Below are positions 42,461 through 57,721 of a stretch of 64,000 nucleotides of DNA, piece after piece (positions within the stretch are counted from its first letter, which is position 1; the number at the start of each line of letters is the position of its first letter). Origin of the DNA: Octopus sinensis. Its lineage: Eukaryota. The position numbers and the translations under genes are program-made. The notes beneath the pieces were generated by a model. The model was not told where the DNA came from. It worked only from the letters and a program-made list of their open reading frames with translations, and made no database searches. Location: contig NC_043003.1 in NCBI RefSeq assembly GCF_006345805.1, positions 78,864,001 through 78,928,000 of the forward strand. Reading direction: 5' to 3'.

Positions 42461-42886
42461 CCAACCAACATGTGTTTTCTTTTCCAGACGTCGGAGTGTA
42501 ATTTGAGCCCGGAGTTGGTAGTAGTGATAACTGTTTTGTTGTTGTTGTATAGCCACAGGTCAACATTGATCAACGATACCTTTGGTCAAAGACACTCTCG
42601 CTTTAAACAATCCGTCTCTTTAAGGGTTTAAGTGAACTGTATCGTGTATGACCTTCCCTTACATAAGACTATCAGGTGTGATTTGAGACAGATTTCGTTG
42701 CTATATTTAGTAGTACGAGTATTTACGTAAGGACTTCTGAGATTATACGTGCGTGTGTGTTTGTGAGTGTATGTGCGTATGTATGTATGTATGTATGTAT
42801 GTATGCATGTATGTATGTATGTAAATATATATATATGTACCTGAACGTATACATGCATACATATATATATATATATATATATATAA

Positions 42887-43223
42887 AGACACCCCTTCGG
42901 TCAGACACTGACCATGGGTTTGCACCTAGAGAGTTACCCTCTGAGGCACAAGTCTGGGCAAGGTTGTTTTATGGAAGACCAGCAGTCGCCCATGCATACC
43001 GGCCTCCCCTCTCCACGTCACCGATGTTGTCCAAGGGAAAGGCAAGGGCCGATACATCTTGGCACCTGTGACGTCGCAACTCATTTCTACAGCTGAGTGA
43101 ACTGGAGCAACGTGAAATAAAGTGTCTTGCTCAAGAACACAACACGCAGCCCGGTCCGGGATTCGAGCTCACAACCTCACGATCGTAAGCTCGATGCTCT
43201 AACCACTGAGCCACGCGCCTTCA
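42887..43223 (-). mobile_element. SINE family C, full length
   Basis: tRNA-like head tgaaggcgcgtggctcagtggttagagcatcg...gctcgaatcccgg. Confidence 0.9.
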
Positions 43224-43432
43224 CATATATATATAATGTACACGCATATATATGTTCATATACATATGTATATATGTGTATATATAAGCATGTACGTATA
43301 TATATATATATAATATAATATATATATATACACACATACATATATATGTATATATATGTGCATACATACATACATACATGCATACATACATACATACATA
43401 CATACACATACATACATACATACATACATACA

Positions 43433-43467
<35 letters not shown>

Positions 43468-43607
43468 GCCCATCTTTTATACCAAGACAAAACAATGTAC
43501 ATGATAACGCTTCCAATCAGTTAAGATCAGAAGCCACGAGAGCCACTGTATTATTATTATTATTATTGTTATTATCATCATTATTTATAATATTATTATT
43601 ATTATTA

Positions 43608-43675
<68 letters not shown>

Positions 43676-43678
<3 letters not shown>

Positions 43679-44559
43679 TAGTTTTATTTTTTGTAGCGTG
43701 CTTTCACTTCACTACCGAGTGCAGCTCTGTGTGCCTTGGGTATGTGCTGTGGTTTATTGTGATGCTCTGATGGTTATTGTATGGAAAGTGTTCTGCGTAG
43801 GATGTGTGCAGTGCCTAGTAGTGCAATTTTCTGTATGTTATATCTGTTTGTAAGTCCTGGTGTTTTTGTTATGTATTTGTCTGAATATTTTTTTATCATG
43901 CCTAATGCACCTACTATGATAGGAATTGTTTCTGTTTTTAGATTCCACATTCTGGTTACTTCTGTTTCCAGGTCTTTGTATTTTGAAAGTTTCTCCATTT
44001 CTTTTAGAGACACGTTGTCATCTGCCGGTATTGATACATCAATTAGAAAGCATTTTTTTCCTTCATGATCTCTGACAACTATATCTGGTCTGTTGGCCTT
44101 AATTTCTCTATCTGTGTGTATTGGCATATCCCAGAGTATGGTTGCTTTCTCATTTTCTGTGACCTTTTCTGGGGTGTGCCTATACCATCGTTTTTCCGTT
44201 GTTATTCCATAATGTTGGCATAGCTTCCAGTGTATGGAGGTTCCAACTCTGTCGTGTCTGTGAATATATTCCTTCTTAGCCAGGACTGGGCAGCCAGAGA
44301 TAATATGATTTATTGTTTCTTGTCCATCTCCACATATTCTGCAGCTACTTGTTATATTTCTTTCCATTATGTGTTTTTGAAAATTTCTGGTGGGGAGGCT
44401 TTGGTCTTGTGCTGCAATTAAAAATCCCTCTGTCTCTGCTTTTTTTTTCCTTCATGATCTCTGACAACTATATCTGGCCTATTGGCCTTTTAATTTCTCT
44501 ATCTGTGTGTATTGGCATATCCCAGAGTATGGTTGCTTTCTCGTTTTCTGTGACCTTTT
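43676..44559 (-). mobile_element. R4/Dong-like RLE non-LTR retrotransposon, 5'-truncated, terminal ORF segment uninterrupted
   Basis: ORF 43774-44367: zinc knuckle CRICG..ETINHIISGC, RHDRV, RLE motif NRPDIVV...IDVSIP...K..KY, IPIIVGALG; ends in (AAT)n. Confidence 0.93.
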
Positions 44560-44584
44560 ATTATTATTATTATTATTAATATTA

Positions 44585-45692
<1,108 letters not shown>

Positions 45693-45711
45693 AACAATAT
45701 TATTATTATTA

Positions 45712-45746
<35 letters not shown>

Positions 45747-45756
45747 TATTATTATT

Positions 45757-45808
<52 letters not shown>

Positions 45809-46040
45809 CAACACACACACGCACACATTCTTTGTTTTGTCTTGTACTGTCCATAATATTTTTCTTAATATTTTTCTTGTTAAGTATTCGTAATAATAAT
45901 AATGATAATAATAATAATAATAATAATAATGATAATAATAATAATAATAATAATAGTAATAATAATAATAATAATAATAGTAATAATAATAATGATAATA
46001 TTAATAATGATAATTATTATTATTACTATTACTATTGCTA

Positions 46041-46072
<32 letters not shown>

Positions 46073-46101
46073 TATTATTATTATTATTATTATTATTACT
46101 G

Positions 46102-46176
<75 letters not shown>

Positions 46177-46180
46177 TAAT

Positions 46181-46587
46181 ATAGGCGCAGGAGTGGCTGT
46201 GTGGTAAGTAGCTTGCTAACCATCCACAAGGTTCCGGGTTCAGTCCCACTGCGTGGCATCTTGGGCGAGTGTCTTCTGCTATAGCCCCGGGCTGACTAAT
46301 GCCTTGTGAGTGGATTTGGTAGACGGAAATTGAAAGAAGCCTGTCGTATATATGTATATATCTATATATATGTGTATGTGTGTGTGTTTGTGTGTCTGTG
46401 TTTGTCCCCCTAGCATTGCTTGACAACCGTTGCTGGTGTGTTTACGTCCCCGTCACTTAGCGGTTCGGCAAAAGAGACCGATAGAATAAGTACTAGGCTT
46501 ACAAAGAATAAGTCCCGGGGTCGATTTGCTCGACTAAAGGTGGTGCTCCAGCATGGCCACAGTCAAATGACTGAAACAAGTAAATGA
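46181..46587 (+). mobile_element. SINE family A, full length
   Basis: ataggcgcaggagtggctgtg...gactgaaacaagtaa. Confidence 0.92.
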
Positions 46588-46719
46588 AAAAAAAAAGAAT
46601 ATGTATGCAACTATATAATTAGTTCTTTTCTATGACTTATATTTATATATAGTGTGTACCTGTATGTATATATGTATATGTTGTATACATATATGTGTAT
46701 GTATGTGTATATATATATA

Positions 46720-46792
<73 letters not shown>

Positions 46793-47129
46793 TATGTATA
46801 TAGACATACATATATGTACATATAGATACATAAACACATTCATGCGCATACATGCACGCACGCACATGTACATAGTCAATATATTATGGAAAAATGTATG
46901 GAAGAAGGCGTGGTGGGGGCGGTGTTTGTGTTGGTGTAGTGTGTGTGTATTAAAAGAGGAGTAAATGAGCAAATATACAGCTGAAGTGGGGTGGGGGAGA
47001 TTAAATGGGAAAGAAAGAGAGTGGGGGTATACGAAAAAGAATATGCAGAAGCTACAAAATGGCTGAAACGAAACAAAAATATGTAAACAATAACAAAATG
47101 ATGATAATGATAATAATAATAATACAAAA

Positions 47130-47186
<57 letters not shown>

Positions 47187-47190
47187 GATG

Positions 47191-47236
<46 letters not shown>

Positions 47237-47256
47237 TAATAATGATAATGATGATG

Positions 47257-47318
<62 letters not shown>

Positions 47319-47530
47319 GGTGATGATGATGATGAGATAAATAAAAAAAGAAAGAAAAAGAGAGACGAAAGTGTACAGCCCAGAGAAGTGTTGTGTTTGC
47401 CTGGTAGACAGACGTAGATGATTGTTCAGAAAGTGAGATCGATCAAATTATCTATTGATTGTTTATCTTTCATGTTCTTCTTCACGACTCCGTGACGTTT
47501 TCCCTCTCTTTCTTTCTTTCTTTCTTTCTC

Positions 47531-47569
<39 letters not shown>

Positions 47570-47720
47570 CTCTCTTTTTTTTTAATATATTTATTCCAGC
47601 TTTCATCATTTAACACTCTTTCTTCTCAGTTATTGCTATCCAAATTACTCTGACCCCCCACCGCCTTTCCCCACCCCTTCTGCCACATATAATTTATTTC
47701 ACTCTCATTCTATCTTCCCC

Positions 47721-47766
<46 letters not shown>

Positions 47767-48056
47767 TGTATGCATGTAAGTATGTATGTGTGGTTGGACA
47801 TAGAAGGATTATTTCCTTTCATCTTTTCGCCTCGCTTCTCCTTTGCACTCGTATCTTTTGCCATATTTCTCTGTCGTAGTTTTCTTTACTATCGCCGGTT
47901 CCATCCGATTTGTTCACTGACGTACCTCTTTCTTTTCTGGCGTTTCCTTATCGTTGGTGTTGTTGTTGTTGTTGCTGCTGTTGTTTCTTCTTCTTCTTCT
48001 TCTTCTTCTTCTTCTTCTTCTTCTTCTTCTTTTTATTATTATTATTATTATTATTA

Positions 48057-48088
<32 letters not shown>

Positions 48089-48619
48089 CTCCTCCACTTC
48101 CTTCTTCTTCTTCTTCTTCTTCTTCTTCTTCTTCTTCTTCTTCTCCACCTCTTCCTTCTCCTCCTCTTCCTCCTCCTCCTCCCCTTCTCCTCCACCCTCC
48201 TTCTCCTCCTCCTCCTCCTCCTCTCCTACTACTACTACTACTACTACTCTTCATCTGTTTCTTCATCATCGTCAACTATACCTAGCCTCCTCTTCCTCCC
48301 CCTCCTCCTCTTTTTTCTCTACATTCGTTGTTGTCGACTTATTGTTTTTCCTCTCTTCTCTACAAGAGTTCTCTAACCTTCTGCAAGCTCGTTTTGCCTT
48401 TTCCCCCACTTGCTTTGTAGGTCCGTCTTCCCAATTGGGTAAACTAACCTGGTAGATAAGCTATTGATCTATTGAATAAGGTAGACACACACACACACAT
48501 GCATACACTTATTATAATATAAACGCTCCAGTGCTTATATATATGTATGTTATCATGTATGTGCGCGTGCGTGCATGCGTGTATGCTTATATATATAGGC
48601 ACTTGCATACATACATACA

Positions 48620-48653
<34 letters not shown>

Positions 48654-49316
48654 CATACATACATAGAAACAAAGAAGTGTATACAGGGACCCCACACAAC
48701 AAAAGGTATCAACTCACAAATCTATCGCTTACAAGGTGATCGTGCTAAAAACTACATCACCAAGTGGACCCTTTACAAATCTGATGTGCTTCCACACAGT
48801 TTCTGTTTACCAAATTCTGTTGAAAATGGTTTGGCTGGCTTGAGTTTATGGTAGACACTGCAATAACCAATACACCTCACAGCGGGATCGAACCTGGGTC
48901 TCATATTTGCATAGTTAATTTCTTAACTACGCAACCATATATGTGTTCAATTTCCTACAGTAAAGAATAGCAGTGAGGTCATCGTGTAAATGTATTTTAT
49001 TGAAGCTGGTGAACTTCTTTGTAGATTATTGCTCGCAGAGAAACTAGCAACTGAGAGTCAGTTCCAGACGGTGATGTTCGGAATTCAGTGATGAAAGACT
49101 GTTAAAAAGTATTCCGGGAAGCCATAGTTTTATTTCTCATTACTCTGAGATACACTTATCGTCAAGCCATATGTATCGCGTTATTTAGTAACGACTCTTA
49201 CTTTCTCTGAGTTAAAACTGGCTTGACTTTACATAAAATAAAGAACCAGGCAAGTGCTGGGCTCAGTAAAACTAGCTACCCTATTATATTATTCTGTTGT
49301 TTTTATACCCTTACAT

Positions 49317-49810
49317 CAGTGTTTCTCAGCCACATTTTTACCTACAGACCCCTGTGATCCCTTCTTACTTAGATGGACCCTCCTAACCATTCGCTGTGTA
49401 AAATATCCTATTATAGGCGTAGGAGTGGCTGTGTGGTAAGTAGCTTGCTTACCAACTACATGGTTCCGGGTTCATTCCCACTGCGTGGAACCTTGAGCAA
49501 GTGTCTTCTACTACAGCCTCGGGCCGACCAAAGATGTTGTGAGTGGATTTGGTAGACGGAAACTGAAAGAAGCCCATCGTATATATGTATGTGTGTGTGT
49601 TTATGTGTTTGTGTTTGTTCCCGCCAACATCGCTTGACAACCAATGTTGGTGCGTTTACGTCCCCGTTACTTAGCGGTTCAGCAAAAGTGACCAATAGAA
49701 TAAGTACAAGGCTTACAAAGAATAAGTCCTGGGGTTGATTTGCTCGACTAAAGGCGGTGCTCCAGCATGGCCACAGTCAAATGACTGAAACAGGTAAAAG
49801 AGTAAAAGAG
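49317..49810 (+). mobile_element. hAT-like terminal fragment (49317-49410) followed by family A SINE (49413-49810)
   Basis: CAGTGTTTCTCAGCC resembles hAT/Charlie-type termini (low confidence); the SINE is unambiguous. Confidence 0.75.
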
Positions 49811-51204
49811 TATATTTTTATAATTAGATATTATTAAGAATTGTATTAAAATAATTATTCAAATATTTCGTGTTTAGTAGAAATATAACCAGTTTATTGC
49901 ACATCAATTTTGACAGCAAAATTTGGCATGGCCCCTGCTGAGAGCCACTACCTTACATGAACGTATACATGTGTTCGAGTGTTACGCTTTCAAAAATAAC
50001 ATCTGGAAAAATTACATCTTGACGTAGTCATGATACAAGTGTGCTTAGTTTAACAACATCTACACTGATACTGCTTATATTTTTGCACTACAAATGTTAT
50101 TTCCCTTTCATATTTATCAGCAACAACAACTATAGCTAAATCCTTCTTCACTAAATGCTAAATTAATACCCCCCATTAGATGTCTCCATCTTGTTCTATT
50201 CTTGCTATAATACGATCTATTGATCAACAGTTTGTACAACATAAGAAGAATCAAAGATGAACTGCAACGCTGTTGTATAAAAATAACAAACCGTGATCGA
50301 TAGAGAAATAGAGAAATGCTCCCTGATGGCATTTATAAATTAGTAAATCAAGAAACGGGAGTGGCAGCTGTTAGCAAAAAGTGTTCCTGGAAAGAAAGAT
50401 GTATTGGCTGAAACAGATCGATACATTTGGGATGTAGTCAGAGAAATAAAGGTTTTACAAAATGATCTATTTGCTTCTCTTTCGGCTTCAGTGAAGAAGG
50501 AAGAAACGTGTTAAATAAACATATTTATGTATTTATTTATTTATTTTTACTATTCTCTTTTCTAGGCTGAGTCATCACTTTCCATAGCAGCATATGCAGT
50601 GTCTTTGCATAGCTTTTTTTTTTCAATTTCTTCAGGAAACTACTTAATCTGGCGAAGCTGAACCACTATCATCTGGTGATGGATTTTTTTTTTCACCGTT
50701 CTCTCTCTCTCCCTTTCCTCCCTCTATTTCTCTCTCATTTCCCCTCCCCCTCTCCTTTCCCCATCTCTCTTCCTCTATCTTTCTCTCTTTCACATTTTCT
50801 CTTTCCCTCTTTCTCTTCTTGAAGTAGTCTATTCGGTTTGCAGTCAAAAATATTGATTTCCAGCATAAGCATAAGGATATATAATTTGAAGATAGAAAGA
50901 CGATTGCTCAGTAAAAAAACCCCAATACTTGACTGGTATTATTGATCCCAGAAAGATGAAAATCAAAACAAGGAGGTATAAATGACCGCAACGTAATTTT
51001 TCTACAGCTCAACCGATTCTGTTTGTGTTATACTAACACTGAAATATAACGAACAGAATCTGCCTTAGTATATGACTGCTACATATACAGACATTAGAGC
51101 ACATCCAAGTGAATCTACACCAGTACAAAGGTGCAATGTATTCTGATATTAGGGTCCACTCCATTAAATCTATCCCTGAATACTGTCCCCACTTAATATT
51201 ACCT

Positions 51205-51825
51205 TCGAATTTTGGCACAAGGCCAGCAATTTGTGGGAAGCGAGTAAGTCGATAAAATCAGCCTCAGTGCTCAACTGGTACTGATTTTATCGTGCCCGAA
51301 GGGGTGAAAGCCAAAGTCGACCCTGGCGGCATTGGAACCCAGAGCGTAAAGATGGATGAAACGCTGTAGGCATTTTGCCTGGCGTGCTAACGATTCTGTT
51401 AGCCCGCCACCTTTGATTGCCGCTCATATTGATTTAAACTTTTGCACAAGGCCAGCAATTCCGGAAGAGAGGCTAAATTGGCTACATTAACCCCAGTGCT
51501 CAACTGGTACTTATTTTATCGATCCCATTAAGCCGAAAGGCAAAGTTGACCTCGGCAGAATTTGAACACATAATGTGCAAACGGACGAAATACATATTTC
51601 TTTACTACCCACAAGGGGCTAAACATAGAGAGGACAAACAAGGACAGACAAACGGATTAAGTCGATTACATCGACCCCAGTGCGTAACTGGTACTTAATT
51701 TATCGACCTCCGAAAGGATGAGGCAAAGTCGACCTCGGCGGAATTTGAACTCAGAACGTAACGGCAGACGAAATACCATGAAGCATTTTGCCCGGCGTGC
51801 TAACGATTCTACCAGCTCGCCACCT
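51205..51825 (-). mobile_element. Three family B SINE units including a B1-B2 junction
   Basis: gaaatac-a-tatttctttactaccc junction at 51594/51595. Confidence 0.85.
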
Positions 51826-52244
51826 TTGAGTCCAACTCATATTGACATGGGATGTACCCAACTGAATCTACCCAAGTACATATCAAGCTTTGAGATATTT
51901 TATCATTATCGATCGAGAACAGCTGCTGAAAGAAAATGATGTTTGATTAGATTTTTTTTTTGTGAAATCAGCAGATAGGAATAGCGTAGAATATCAACAA
52001 TTTCAGCTGGTCGGCTACGCAAACCACAATCTTGTGATTAGTGCAGTCAGACTAGATAGGACATATAGAAGGGTGTCTAGCAACTGAAAACTAAGCGCGT
52101 CGTTTCCGACGTTGAAAGACGATAGGACTGGATTAACGAATTAATTAAGGAGTTGATGGAGACGTTTGTTAACAACCACTGACGAGTATCTCTCTCTCTC
52201 TCTTTCGCCATCTCTCCATCTTTCTCTCTCTTCTTTAGCCATCC

Positions 52245-52317
<73 letters not shown>

Positions 52318-52767
52318 TGAAGGGAGCTATTTCATTAAAATCAAATGGGATAGAAAAGAAGTGGCTACAAGGAACGATAGATTGGAAAGGGAGCCTAGTC
52401 ATTAGATTAGGAGAGACAATTATGATTGAAACGGTATGCCGATATGCTAGCAAAAAAAAAAAAAAATGAGACTCAATCATTATTTCGACGCGGAATACGA
52501 AGGATGTTTTGTATGAAATAATCTGTGCGGTCTTGTATACAAGCGAAGCAGGGACCGAGGCAGCGTTCCTGACATCTAGACTAGCGTTAGGCGCTTAGAG
52601 CCCTCTGCCAGCTGGGCATGTGGTTGATGGATGTTCCGGGGAGGATTTAAGGCGATTACTCCGACCTCAGCTCAACTGCTACTTTATTTTATCGAATTCG
52701 AAGGGATGAAAGGCAAAGTCAGCCACGGCAAAATTTGAATAATAATAACAATAACAATAACAACAAC

Positions 52768-52824
<57 letters not shown>

Positions 52825-52984
52825 CCTTTCTACGAGAAGCACAAGGCCTCAAATGTGTGAGGAGGGGATTAGTCGATTACATCAACCCCAATGTTTCACT
52901 GATACTTAATATATCGACCCCTAAATTATCAAAGGTAAAGTCGGCCTCGGTGGAATTTGAACTCAGAACGTAGCGGCAGACTCT

Positions 52985-53570
52985 ATGCCACTGCTAAGTA
53001 GCTCTTTTACTTTCCTAACTAAGTTTCCCTCTACTCTAGTATTCTCTATCGCTAGTTCTCTGCTAAATTCTACAGCTTCTACTCTAATCGCCCGTTGTAG
53101 GGCCCTCCCACCATCGATTGTTGATGACTGCACTCGCCAACATTCAATGGACTAACTTACTAAGCCGGTCTCTGGAAGCTTTATGTGCCGGGAAGGACGC
53201 ATTCGGCTTCCAGTATCCAGGTCTCTGGCTATGGAGCCTATCTCGGTCAACCGTACAGATCACAAGTTTGTAGTCTGTATAGCTGGCGAATTCAAATTGT
53301 GAACAACCTACGCTATTCCTATCTGCTGGCCTACAAAATACGCTGTCTAGATAAGATCTGGATGATTAGACACTGTTTGCCCATGTCCACACTGGAGTAT
53401 TCGGGAAATTACGTCTTAACCTGTCTGCCAGTTGGAAACGACTGAGCAGGATTAAGAGGCTTACGCCCCTCACTTTTCTATCCGCTAGCCCCACCCAATC
53501 CACATGTTGATCCCAAATAGCTTTCCAATCGCCCACTAACGACACATACACACACAGACGAGCACCTAAG
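52985..53570 (+). mobile_element. Third fragment of the unclassified repeat family
   Basis: The reverse complement of 52985-53290 aligns with 27150-27440 (cagcta.acagac, ggaagc.gaa.gcgtc, aagctt.cagagac, ggaaacttagttag). Confidence 0.6.
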
Positions 53571-53752
53571 TACAAAACAAGGTGGGGATATTAGTAATCG
53601 AATACGAAAGGTAGAGCAATATGTACTCTTATTAAAACGGCAAAACTATCAAAAAAATTGCAGTTTTCATCACAAATGGCCAACAACGGGAATGTAAAAC
53701 TCTGAGCAACTCTGAGTAACAGTTTTTGTGATAATTTTGCAGCTTTAATAAA

Positions 53753-53805
<53 letters not shown>

Positions 53806-53983
53806 TAATCAAAGACTCTTTGATTTCATTATTTTTCTTCTTTTTGCCTATGTGAGTTACAAATATTGTTATATGTGGAGACATATTTTTGTAGAAAAAA
53901 GAAATAGCAATCTTTTGGCTGCTATTTCTAAAATTTTCGGTATGTGGTCAAGCAACTTGTTGCTAAACCCTTAATTATTGTTA

Positions 53984-54068
<85 letters not shown>

Positions 54069-54960
54069 ATATATATATATATAATATATATACATATACA
54101 ACATACACTCACACATGTATACATACATACATGCTCACACACAGATACACGCACGGACACACACACACTTCTATGTATATATCATTCTGTCCGTTTCTTC
54201 TGTGTTGTCTGTAAGCCTGTAGCTATCTCTCAATCTATTAACCTACCTATATGCTTATTTGTATGTATAATAGTGTATGCGCTTGTCCGAATGCCTGTCT
54301 GTCTGTCTGTGTGTCCATCATTTTTTCTCCCACTCTGTCCGCTTTCTCTCCCCGCGCTCTCTCCTCCCTCTCCCCGCTCCTCTTTCTTCCCCCCCCCTCA
54401 CTTCTCTCGCTACAGTTGTACAGCTTTGTCGCCATGTTGTCGTCAGTCAACAAAACTATGTTTGTATTACAGGGATGTTTATGTTTGTTTTTTGGTTTCG
54501 TTTCCTTGTGTCTGCGGTGGGGAAGATAAGTCGTTATTTCTCTATCTTTTCTACATGTTCTGACAGTGACAGCTCCATTATGTACGTGCGTGTGTTCGTG
54601 CGTACGTGTGTGCATGTATCTGCGTGTGTAGTTGTTGTGTGTGTTTGACTGTACCAGCAAGCGTGTGTATTTGTGTGTGTTCATGTGCGTGTGTGTGTAT
54701 GTATTTGTGTGTGCGAACACTTATGTCTACATTTTGTCTGCATTTGTGTGTTATTGAGTTATTACTGCAATTTAGATGCAGCATAGCAGAATAGTTAAGA
54801 AGGTAGCTTCGCTATTAAGAGATCCCGGTTTCGTATCTATTGCGCAGTATATTGGGCAAATGTTTTTTTTATCATAGACTCAATAACACTCAAGCATTGT
54901 GAGAGAAACTTGGTTGATGGAAAATGGTTGGAAGCCTGTCGGATTATCCCTGTAATTTAA

Positions 54961-55963
54961 TCCTTTAGCATTTAAAACCAGGGATCTATTCCACGTCGAT
55001 CACAGATTTTTAAATTAATTTTTTTTTAACTAAACAGTTTGAAACTTCGACTACTGGTAGAATTTCTTACGTAGAACACGTTTTACTCTGAACGTTTTTG
55101 ACAAAATTTCGTATTTTAGAAGTTATTTCGTGTTAAAGTTGTCGTATTTGGGTAATTTCAACCAATCAACGACGTGTATTCGGTTCAAGAAAGCTACAGC
55201 TGTTTGCGATATTAATCGAAGAGGAACAACTTCCGGGTCATCTCTACTAAATGCCATCACTCTGTTATAGAGCAACGTGTCCGTAGCTAGCTTTTTTGTT
55301 GTTGACGTATATGTAATTTCAAAATACTTTATTTTACAACTATGAGATGTATTGTTATTGTCATGATTTCGTCAAACACATTTCGTCAATATAAAAGTGT
55401 TTATTAGATAAAAATAAAATAACATTATCAAAACATGAAGGTAAAACAAAACAAAGAGCAGCTTATATACCGGAAAGTGTGGTAATTGTAGTGACAGTGA
55501 CAAGAGTGCTGACATTTAGTAAAGATGACCCGGAAGTTGTTCCTTTTCGATTACTATCGCAAACAACAGTAGCTTTCTTCAAAGGAATACACGTCGTTGA
55601 TTATTTGAAATCACCCAAACATGACAACTTTAACACGAAATAACTTCTAAAATGCGAAATTTTGTCAAACCCGTTCAGAGTAAAACCGTGTTCTACGTGA
55701 GAAATTCTAACAGTATTCTAAGTTTCAAACTTTAGTTTTAAAACATCAATTTTTTTAAAACGGGTTATATCAGGCTGAAATATTCTAACTGTTTGTGTTG
55801 ATTCAGGCCAAGTCTGGCCTCTCGCACCCAGCCTACAATGTCATTCTACAGATAAACAGTCATATCATCAATATTTCAAAGCTACGAGATAATGCATGAC
55901 GAACCCAAAATTACGTGAATCAATAAGCTTAACATTAGACAAAGTAATCTGAATTCTAAAGAG
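54961..55963. mobile_element. piggyBac-like MITE (TTAA) containing nested long-TIR MITE X (about 54980-55755)
   Basis: TTAA at 54957-54960 and 55964-55967; termini tcctttagcatt and gaattctaaagag; inner arms about 55015-55258 and 55512-55745 are inverted repeats. Confidence 0.75.
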
Positions 55964-57003
55964 TTAAAATTATTATCCTTGTCACAGTATTGCACTCGTT
56001 CCACTTGAGAGGTACATAGGCATTGGAGTGGCAGTGTGTGAAGTATCTTGTTTACCAACATGGTTCCGGTTCAGACCCACTGCGTAGCACCTTCAGCAAG
56101 GTTCTATCTTTTCCTTCCTCTTTACACTCCATATTACTCTTTCTCCCCACTTCTCTCTCCCCACCCCAAGCCATTCACAAATACTATAAAAAGAGACAAA
56201 TCCCTTCACAAAATTTAAATCTGAAGAATCTATTACAGTCGATGAAAGCGCTTATATGTGATTTGTAAAAACATGTGGCATGTTAATAAATATTTGTATA
56301 TGTACAACCATCCAGATCTCTGAATACCTTATTTTTTGTAATATATAATATCTGTACATCACTTCTAAACCTTCTAATATATATAAGTTCAGTAAAAATT
56401 TAGATTCAGTTGAATGTGGTACTTAAGTTAAAGGCACCAGGATTTAGAATGGTATTATCCTATTTTGCAGAAAGAAATCAGTACTACATATTCCCAGAAC
56501 AGCTGTTATGCTTGAGTGTTTTGTGATATGTGTGGTTATGTTTTAGTGTGGATTTAGATTCAAAAAATATTTTCAGATGTGAATAGTCAGATATAGAAAT
56601 TTCTGTTATATTTCCTTTGAATTCTTTGAAAATCTCATTTATCATAAAGCCTTTTCTTGTGTGTGTCGCGATGGTGGTGGTGGTGGGGGGGGAGGGCGTG
56701 TGTGTATACATATGTATGCATGCATGTATACATATATATACTCAGGCGGCGAGCTGGCACAATTGGTAGCACGTCGGGCAAAATACTTAGCGGCTATTCC
56801 GTACGTCTTTACGATCTGAGTTCAAATGCCACCGAGGCCGACTTTGCTTTTCATCCTTTCGGCGTCGATAAAATAACAACCATCTGAGTACTAGGGGTCC
56901 ATGTAATCGACCTACCCACTCTCGAACTTGCTGGATTTGTTCTGAAATTTGAAATATATATATATATACAACCTGCAACACTGGCAATATTCGATGTTGT
57001 AGA

Positions 57004-57290
57004 CTAGTTTTTCTTTTTCTTTTTACACAGGCGACATAAAAATGCTTGATTTCGCTGTAAAGACTTCTGGAAATCGTTATAGTGGCATTTCATGTGCCTT
57101 GTCAACCCAGATTTACTTTTGCAGTAAACAGAGCAAGATAATTCATCAGATTGAGACTGTGAAAAATCAGTAGGGGACCTCAATTCATGCTTCCGTTTAT
57201 GACTGAAACTCTTTACTACAGATTTGCTTATTGATTCTTCGAGACGCAATTTTCGTTTACATTGAGGCTTTTTTGTTCCTTAATATCAGT
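57004..57290 (-). mobile_element. RTE-like LINE C-terminal zinc-finger fragment
   Basis: LSCSVYCKSKSGLTRHMKCH...FLCRLCK, comparable in position and type to the finger at 912-1050. Confidence 0.55.
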
Positions 57291-57454
57291 TCATATAACA
57301 GTTGTTTGAGCATGCATTGATCATATTCTGTTATGAGATGCCAATCCAGTGAAGTCTATGTCTATGAATACCATCCACACCAGACTCAAGTACTTCAGAA
57401 TATGGCACATAGTGTGCCCGCAAGTGATATTCAGTATAAAGCAGTATATATAAG

Positions 57455-57490
<36 letters not shown>

Positions 57491-57493
57491 TTT

Positions 57494-57607
57494 ATAGAAG
57501 GAGCTTCTACAGGACTAGAACTGTTTCATTCAAATGAAATCATCAGGAAGCTTCCTGATGATTTCATTTGAATGAAACAGTTCTAGTCCTGTAGAAGCTC
57601 CTTCTAT
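57494..57607. ncRNA. Perfect 114-bp palindrome carrying a hammerhead motif on each strand
   Basis: Arms 57494-57550 and 57551-57607 are exact reverse complements; CTGATGA 57555-57561, GAAA 57574-57577, stem III acag/ctgt, GTA cleavage triplet 57591-57593, stem I agcttc/gaagct. Confidence 0.8.
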
Positions 57608-57680
57608 TAAATAAATTAATTACTCTGCTATGTATTGAGTACCTTATTTACTGTGGTTAACCCCGACTCAACCCGGGACT

Positions 57681-57721
<41 letters not shown>

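Noticed and set aside
49920-49940. gcatggcccctgc, identical to 13 nt of U6 snRNA
   Set aside because: The match does not extend on either side; a match of this length is plausible by chance in 64 kb.
56300-56650. Possible L1/Tx1 endonuclease remnant (FMINEIFKEFKGNITEISISDYSHL)
   Set aside because: Similarity is only suggestive in very AT-rich sequence and no catalytic motif is intact.
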